From contig JAIEMI010000056.1 in the NCBI GenBank assembly GCA_019752235.1, positions 12,865 to 76,864 on the forward strand: a DNA stretch of 64,000 bases. Reading direction: 5' to 3'. Under the pieces are notes generated by a model that was not told the origin of the DNA, did not search any database, and saw nothing but the letters and a program-made list of their open reading frames with translations. This DNA comes from Rhodospirillaceae bacterium. Its GTDB lineage: Bacteria; Pseudomonadota; Alphaproteobacteria; Rhodospirillales; Rhodospirillaceae. A program made the translations under genes and the position numbers. Below are positions 59,958 to 64,000 of the stretch, piece by piece. Within the stretch, counting starts at the first letter, position 1. Every line of letters begins with the position of its first letter.

Positions 59958-60140
59958 GGTAAGTCGGCTCCCTCTCCCCCGTTATGGTTTGCCGTTGCCG
60001 GTTGTTTGTCAACAGCTGGGGGAGAGGCCGTGTTCAAAAAAAACGTCATAGGCGCACTGCGGGTCGGGGTGCAGCGTTCGTCCTATCAATTGGGCGACCT
60101 TGGTCGTTCATATAGGTGTGGCCGCGGCTGGGAGGGCGCT

Positions 60141-62717
60141 GTGAGGCCTAATTTGCGCCTGATTCGCGCCCTCAGGACGTCATTGGCTATGGCTTTCCTG
60201 ACCACAACAGGACTGACGATCATCGGATTGAACGGTGCGGGCGTGGCCTATGCGCAATCGTCGGCCATACGCACGGCGCTTCCATATCATATCGAACCTC
60301 AAGCGTTGGAATCCGCGCTACGGCAGTTCGCTAATCAATCGAATCTGCAATTGTTGTTCAGTCAGGACGATGTGGTCGGCAAAACCTCGCCCGGTATCAC
60401 CGGCAGCTATACGCCCGACGCCGCCGTGAAGCGGCTATTGATAGGAACCGGCCTCGTGTTCGAGGTGATCAGAACCGACGCAGTGCTCATCAAGAGAGTG
60501 CCGTCCCGCCGGGCGTTGGATGATACCGACCGGCAACGCACACTGCGAGTAGTGAAGGGGGCTGACGCGCGGTTGGAGTCTCGCGTCGTCGACCAACCTC
60601 ATGGGCTGGATGAGATCATCGTATCGGCCCGGCGTGTGCAGGAAAACATTCAGGCCGTGCCGATCTCTATCACGGCCTTTTTACCGGAAATGTTGCGCCT
60701 TAATGACATCAGATCCTTGACCGACTTGCAGCGTAGCATACCAGGTTTGCAGGCTTGCTGTGGCCCCGCGTTGTCGACCAACTCCAACCTTATCTACCTG
60801 CGCGGCATTCCCGGCGTCGTCGGCTATTTCGCCGAAGTGCCCACGCCACTAAACGGCCATGGTCTTTATCTGGATCTGACGGGCATTCAAGCGCTACGCG
60901 GGCCCCAGGGTACGCTCTTCGGCCTTAGCACCGACGGCGGCGCTTTAATCTATGAACCGCGGCGGCCATCGGCTGATGCGGAGGGCTTCGCCGAGGTCAC
61001 CTTCGGCGATTACGGGCGGCGCGGTTTTGAGGGCGCTTTCAATATTCCGCTCGCGTCCGACAAAGTCCTGACGCGCGCGGCCTTGATGGCGAGCCATACC
61101 AATGGTTACTTGCGGAGTATCGCGACAAACCAGGATCTTGGTGATGAAAGTTATGCGGGCGGCCGTTTCTCCGTTATCTGGCGTCCCAGCGACAGCTTCG
61201 AGAATTACTCTGTCTTCAATTATTACAGTTCCCATGGTTCGCCCCTGCCGGCGATTTTGACCGCGGTCAATCCCGACGGTCCCGCGGCGGCAGCCTTCGG
61301 GCTGTCGGCGCTCAATGACGCGCTGGCGATGCAACAGCAGCTCGGTTTTTACAGGATCGCGGGGTTGTCCGTCAGCGAAACGCGGGCGCGTACGGCGCAG
61401 TATCACCTGATCAACATCGGTACGTGGTCGCTGGCCGAGAATGCGAATCTGAAAAGCATCTCCGGCTACGTCGTTAACAGCACATTTCTGCGGCAAGACA
61501 TCGAAGGCACCTATTTCACGATCGCTGATACGCCGCAACCGGACCGCGCGGAACCCAGCAGTACGCCGACATGGAGCCAGGAAGTGCAACTCCAGGGCCG
61601 TATGGCTGACAAAAAGTTGAGCTATACGGTCGGTACGTTTCACACCGGCTCCGTCACGCGCGGCGCGCCGACCGAACAGATCTTTCTTGGCGTTGCTCGC
61701 CAAACGTTCACCAAATCCGCCGGCAAAACTCATGCGGTCTACGCCCAAGCGGACCTCGATCTGTCGGACTGGTTCGACGATCTCATATTAACCGCGGGCT
61801 ATCGCTACACCTGGGATGAGCGTCACTTGCGCCAGATCAGGCGGATGAATGGCGCGGTCTCATCTGACTCCGGTCCTCTGGAAGGTCATTTTCGTGCCGG
61901 AAGTTATGCGCTCAGCCTGACGTATCGCGTCGCGGAGGACACGCGGCTCTTCATTACGAACAGCAAGGGCTATTCCAGCGGCGGCTTCAACCCCACGGCA
62001 CCGGCAGAGTTGCAGCGCTATAACCCGGAAAGCCTCAACAATATCGAAGCGGGCATTAAGTCAGACTGGACGTTCGGCGGCATACGGGCGCGCACAAACC
62101 TCAGCGCCTACTACGCCTTCTATAATGATGTGCAGGTCACCACGACTCAGCGCGTGCGGACTTCCTCGGGCCCCGTCCTGGCGGTCGTTATAGACAATGC
62201 CGGGAAGGCGCATCTCAGCGGGATTGAAGGCGACGCGACTTTCATTCTCTCGCCGGAACTGGAGGTTTTTGGAAATTTCTCCTACTTCCGCAACGTTTAC
62301 GACACGTACATGACGTTATCGGCCAGTGGCGCACCGGTAGATAACAGCGGGCTCGGCTTCTCCTACGCGCCGCGTTGGAAGTATTCCGTCGGCGGCAGCT
62401 ACCGCCTGCCGGTGGATGCCGCGTTGGGGAAAATCAGCGTCAACGCCCTGTGGTCCTGGCAATCATCGGTGCTCACGCAACCGATTTTGAATCCGCGTCC
62501 GGTCGATGGCATTCCGCATTTTGGCCACCTCAATCTCGCGCTGGACTGGACTGACTTCGCGGGCGTCCCAGGTTTTGGCGCCACTATTTTCGCGACGAAC
62601 GTAAACCAGAACCATTGGACGCAAGGCGGCTTCGGCGCTTACGAGGCCATCGGCATCGCCGGACGCTACGGCGATCAACCGCGCATGTTGGGTGCGCGAC
62701 TTAGTTATCGCTTTTGA
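60141..62717 (+). CDS. TonB-dependent transducer (receptor with an N-terminal STN signalling domain)
   Basis: STN-like: LPYHIEPQALESALRQFANQSNLQLLFSQDDV...YTPDAAVKRLLIGTGLVFEV. The plug (EIIVSARRVQENIQAVPISITAF) and barrel follow, ending ARLSYRF. The GTG at 60141 with a GGAGGG RBS is preferred to the track start at 60006. Confidence 0.85.
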   Translation: MRPNLRLIRALRTSLAMAFLTTTGLTIIGLNGAGVAYAQSSAIRTALPYHIEPQALESALRQFANQSNLQLLFSQDDVVGKTSPGITGSYTPDAAVKRLLIGTGLVFEVIRTDAVLIKRVPSRRALDDTDRQRTLRVVKGADARLESRVVDQPHGLDEIIVSARRVQENIQAVPISITAFLPEMLRLNDIRSLTDLQRSIPGLQACCGPALSTNSNLIYLRGIPGVVGYFAEVPTPLNGHGLYLDLTGIQALRGPQGTLFGLSTDGGALIYEPRRPSADAEGFAEVTFGDYGRRGFEGAFNIPLASDKVLTRAALMASHTNGYLRSIATNQDLGDESYAGGRFSVIWRPSDSFENYSVFNYYSSHGSPLPAILTAVNPDGPAAAAFGLSALNDALAMQQQLGFYRIAGLSVSETRARTAQYHLINIGTWSLAENANLKSISGYVVNSTFLRQDIEGTYFTIADTPQPDRAEPSSTPTWSQEVQLQGRMADKKLSYTVGTFHTGSVTRGAPTEQIFLGVARQTFTKSAGKTHAVYAQADLDLSDWFDDLILTAGYRYTWDERHLRQIRRMNGAVSSDSGPLEGHFRAGSYALSLTYRVAEDTRLFITNSKGYSSGGFNPTAPAELQRYNPESLNNIEAGIKSDWTFGGIRARTNLSAYYAFYNDVQVTTTQRVRTSSGPVLAVVIDNAGKAHLSGIEGDATFILSPELEVFGNFSYFRNVYDTYMTLSASGAPVDNSGLGFSYAPRWKYSVGGSYRLPVDAALGKISVNALWSWQSSVLTQPILNPRPVDGIPHFGHLNLALDWTDFAGVPGFGATIFATNVNQNHWTQGGFGAYEAIGIAGRYGDQPRMLGARLSYRF

Positions 62718-62968
62718 TCCAAGAAGGAGGGGAAATGGAGCAGGAAAGCATACACGCGCAGGAGAGCGCTTTAGCAAACGGTTCTTCGTCGGTGCAGCGG
62801 CGCGGACGAATATTCTCTTATCTAAATATCCAGTAATTCGATGTAATTAATGGACTTTATCGGCGATCACCAAATCGCCACGGTTATCGCGCGGTGCAGC
62901 GGGTACGCGCGCGCTTTTGCAACGCGGCGACGACATTTTGTCGATCGCTTTGACGAATGGAATCGGAC

Positions 62969-64000
62969 ATGAACAACGTAAAACGTACGTATTTAATGGC
63001 CTTGCTGGTCAGCGTTTCCGCGACCGCGCTGACGGCGCCTTCTTACGGCGCCGAGCAAACGGCCCAAGGTCCTGCGGCGCTGGAAGAAATCGTGGTCAAC
63101 GCGCGGCGCGTTGAAGAAAACGTCCAGACCGTGCCGATTGCTATCACCACCTTCACCGAAACCACCTTACAGCAGAACGATATTCGCACCGTCACCGATC
63201 TGCAGCGCAGCATTCCGGGCCTGCAGGTGTGCTGCGGCCCCGGCAATGGCACGAACGCGCAATTTTTGCGTGGTATCCCGGGTGTCGTCGGTTATTTCGC
63301 CGATGTGCCGACCCCCCTTAACGGCTACGGCCTTTTCTTCGATCTGGCCAATGTCCAGGCACTGAAAGGTCCGCAAGGTACGCTGTTTGGCTTGAGCACG
63401 GACGGCGGCGCCATCCTGTATGTACCGAAAAAGCCAACCGATCGCGTTGAAGGGTATGCGCAAGGCACGATCGGCACTTACAACCGCGCTGGGTTCGAGG
63501 GCGCGCTAAACGTCCCCGTTATCGGCGACAAGTTGCTGGCCCGCGCGGCGATCACCGTCAATCACACCGACGGTTACCTCACGGACCTCAGCACCAACAC
63601 CGATCTGGGCGACCAGAACTACTGGGCAGGACGCCTCTCACTGCTGGCGCGTCCTACGGAAAATCTCGAGAATTACTTCATTTTCAACTACTACAACTTC
63701 CATGGGCGTCCGCTGCCGGCCATTCTCACGGCGGTGAACCCGACAGGGGCGGCCGCGGCCCGCTTCGGTTTGGCCAATCTGAATGCGGCACTCGCGACCC
63801 AACAGGCCTTAGGTCCCTATAAGCTTACGGGTTTGTCGGTCCCGGGCACCTACTCCAAGACCGAGCAGACGCACCTCGTTAATACGACCACCTGGAACGT
63901 GAGCGACAATTTCACCGTCAAAAACATCTTCGGCTATATCCGCAACCAGGGCTTCACGCGTCAGGATATCGAAGGCACGCAATTTCAGATCAGTGATTCC
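62969..64000 (+). CDS. TonB-dependent receptor, paralogue of 60141..62717 without the STN domain; runs off the window
   Basis: Not in the track (no stop). From the ATG at 62969: MNNVKRTYLMALLVSVSATALTAPSYGAEQ...EEIVVNARRVEENVQTVPIAITTF...LQRSIPGLQVCCGP...ALKGPQGTLFGLSTDGGAILY. It is open through base 64000 and collinear with the previous receptor. Confidence 0.8.
   Translation, partial: MNNVKRTYLMALLVSVSATALTAPSYGAEQTAQGPAALEEIVVNARRVEENVQTVPIAITTFTETTLQQNDIRTVTDLQRSIPGLQVCCGPGNGTNAQFLRGIPGVVGYFADVPTPLNGYGLFFDLANVQALKGPQGTLFGLSTDGGAILYVPKKPTDRVEGYAQGTIGTYNRAGFEGALNVPVIGDKLLARAAITVNHTDGYLTDLSTNTDLGDQNYWAGRLSLLARPTENLENYFIFNYYNFHGRPLPAILTAVNPTGAAAARFGLANLNAALATQQALGPYKLTGLSVPGTYSKTEQTHLVNTTTWNVSDNFTVKNIFGYIRNQGFTRQDIEGTQFQISDS

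Noticed and set aside
1-64000. Search for CRISPR arrays, rRNA, intact tRNA or tmRNA genes, and IS elements with terminal inverted repeats
   Set aside because: Reading the intergenic regions by eye, I saw no regularly spaced direct-repeat array, no rRNA-like segment, no complete cloverleaf and no transposase. Only the tRNA-Pro 3' half and a recombinase remnant were found. A tRNAscan, Infernal or ISfinder run would be needed to be certain.

Overview
The window looks alphaproteobacterial and fairly GC-rich, judged from gene content and codon style only. It has three parts. (1) Bases 1-5.3 kb are a respiratory block. It holds a partial MgtC/SapB-like gene, a UspA gene, a monoheme cytochrome c, a ba3-type cytochrome oxidase (a small subunit IIa ORF missing from the ORF track, plus subunits II and I), a membrane-anchored diheme cytochrome c and a truncated haemoglobin. 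(2) Bases ~5.4-27.9 kb are an A/T-richer genomic island. It starts at a 45-nt 3' half of tRNA-Pro(CGG). It carries two tyrosine integrases, an excisionase-like HTH gene, a methyltransferase/glycosyltransferase pair with a decayed second copy, and a dense run of defence-type cargo. The cargo includes a recognisable Shango system (TerB-N/TerB-C protein, DUF2791 ATPase, DExH helicase) and three modules that I cannot assign to a described system. The first is an operon of a coiled-coil/TM protein (broken at a canonical -1 slippery heptamer), an acidic protein and a Kv-type K+ channel. The second is a TerB-like/BRCT protein with a 3-TM partner, divergent from Shango. The third, my best candidate for a new system, is a tight operon of an RloC/PrrC-like AAA_13 ABC ATPase with a CxxC hook, an RmuC-family nuclease and a PD-(D/E)xK protein. 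(3) Bases 27.9-64 kb are ordinary catabolic and uptake chromosome. There is a Phe/Tyr degradation cluster (phhA, phhB, aminotransferase, hppD, FAH, maiA) with a VOC protein where hmgA would be expected. There is a peptide/D-amino-acid style cluster with a TonB receptor, POT transporter, creatininase-family protein, FAD oxidase, duplicated alpha/beta hydrolases (one fused to a D-aminoacylase) and a diaminopropionate ammonia-lyase. The rest comprises a Rieske oxygenase, a fused indolepyruvate:ferredoxin oxidoreductase, a beta-lactamase-family hydrolase, an AceE-like E1, gene remnants, and a FecI/FecR/TonB-transducer unit followed by a paralogous receptor that runs off the window. I saw no CRISPR array, rRNA or intact tRNA. 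All calls rest on reading the translations and sequence by eye. No searches were run.
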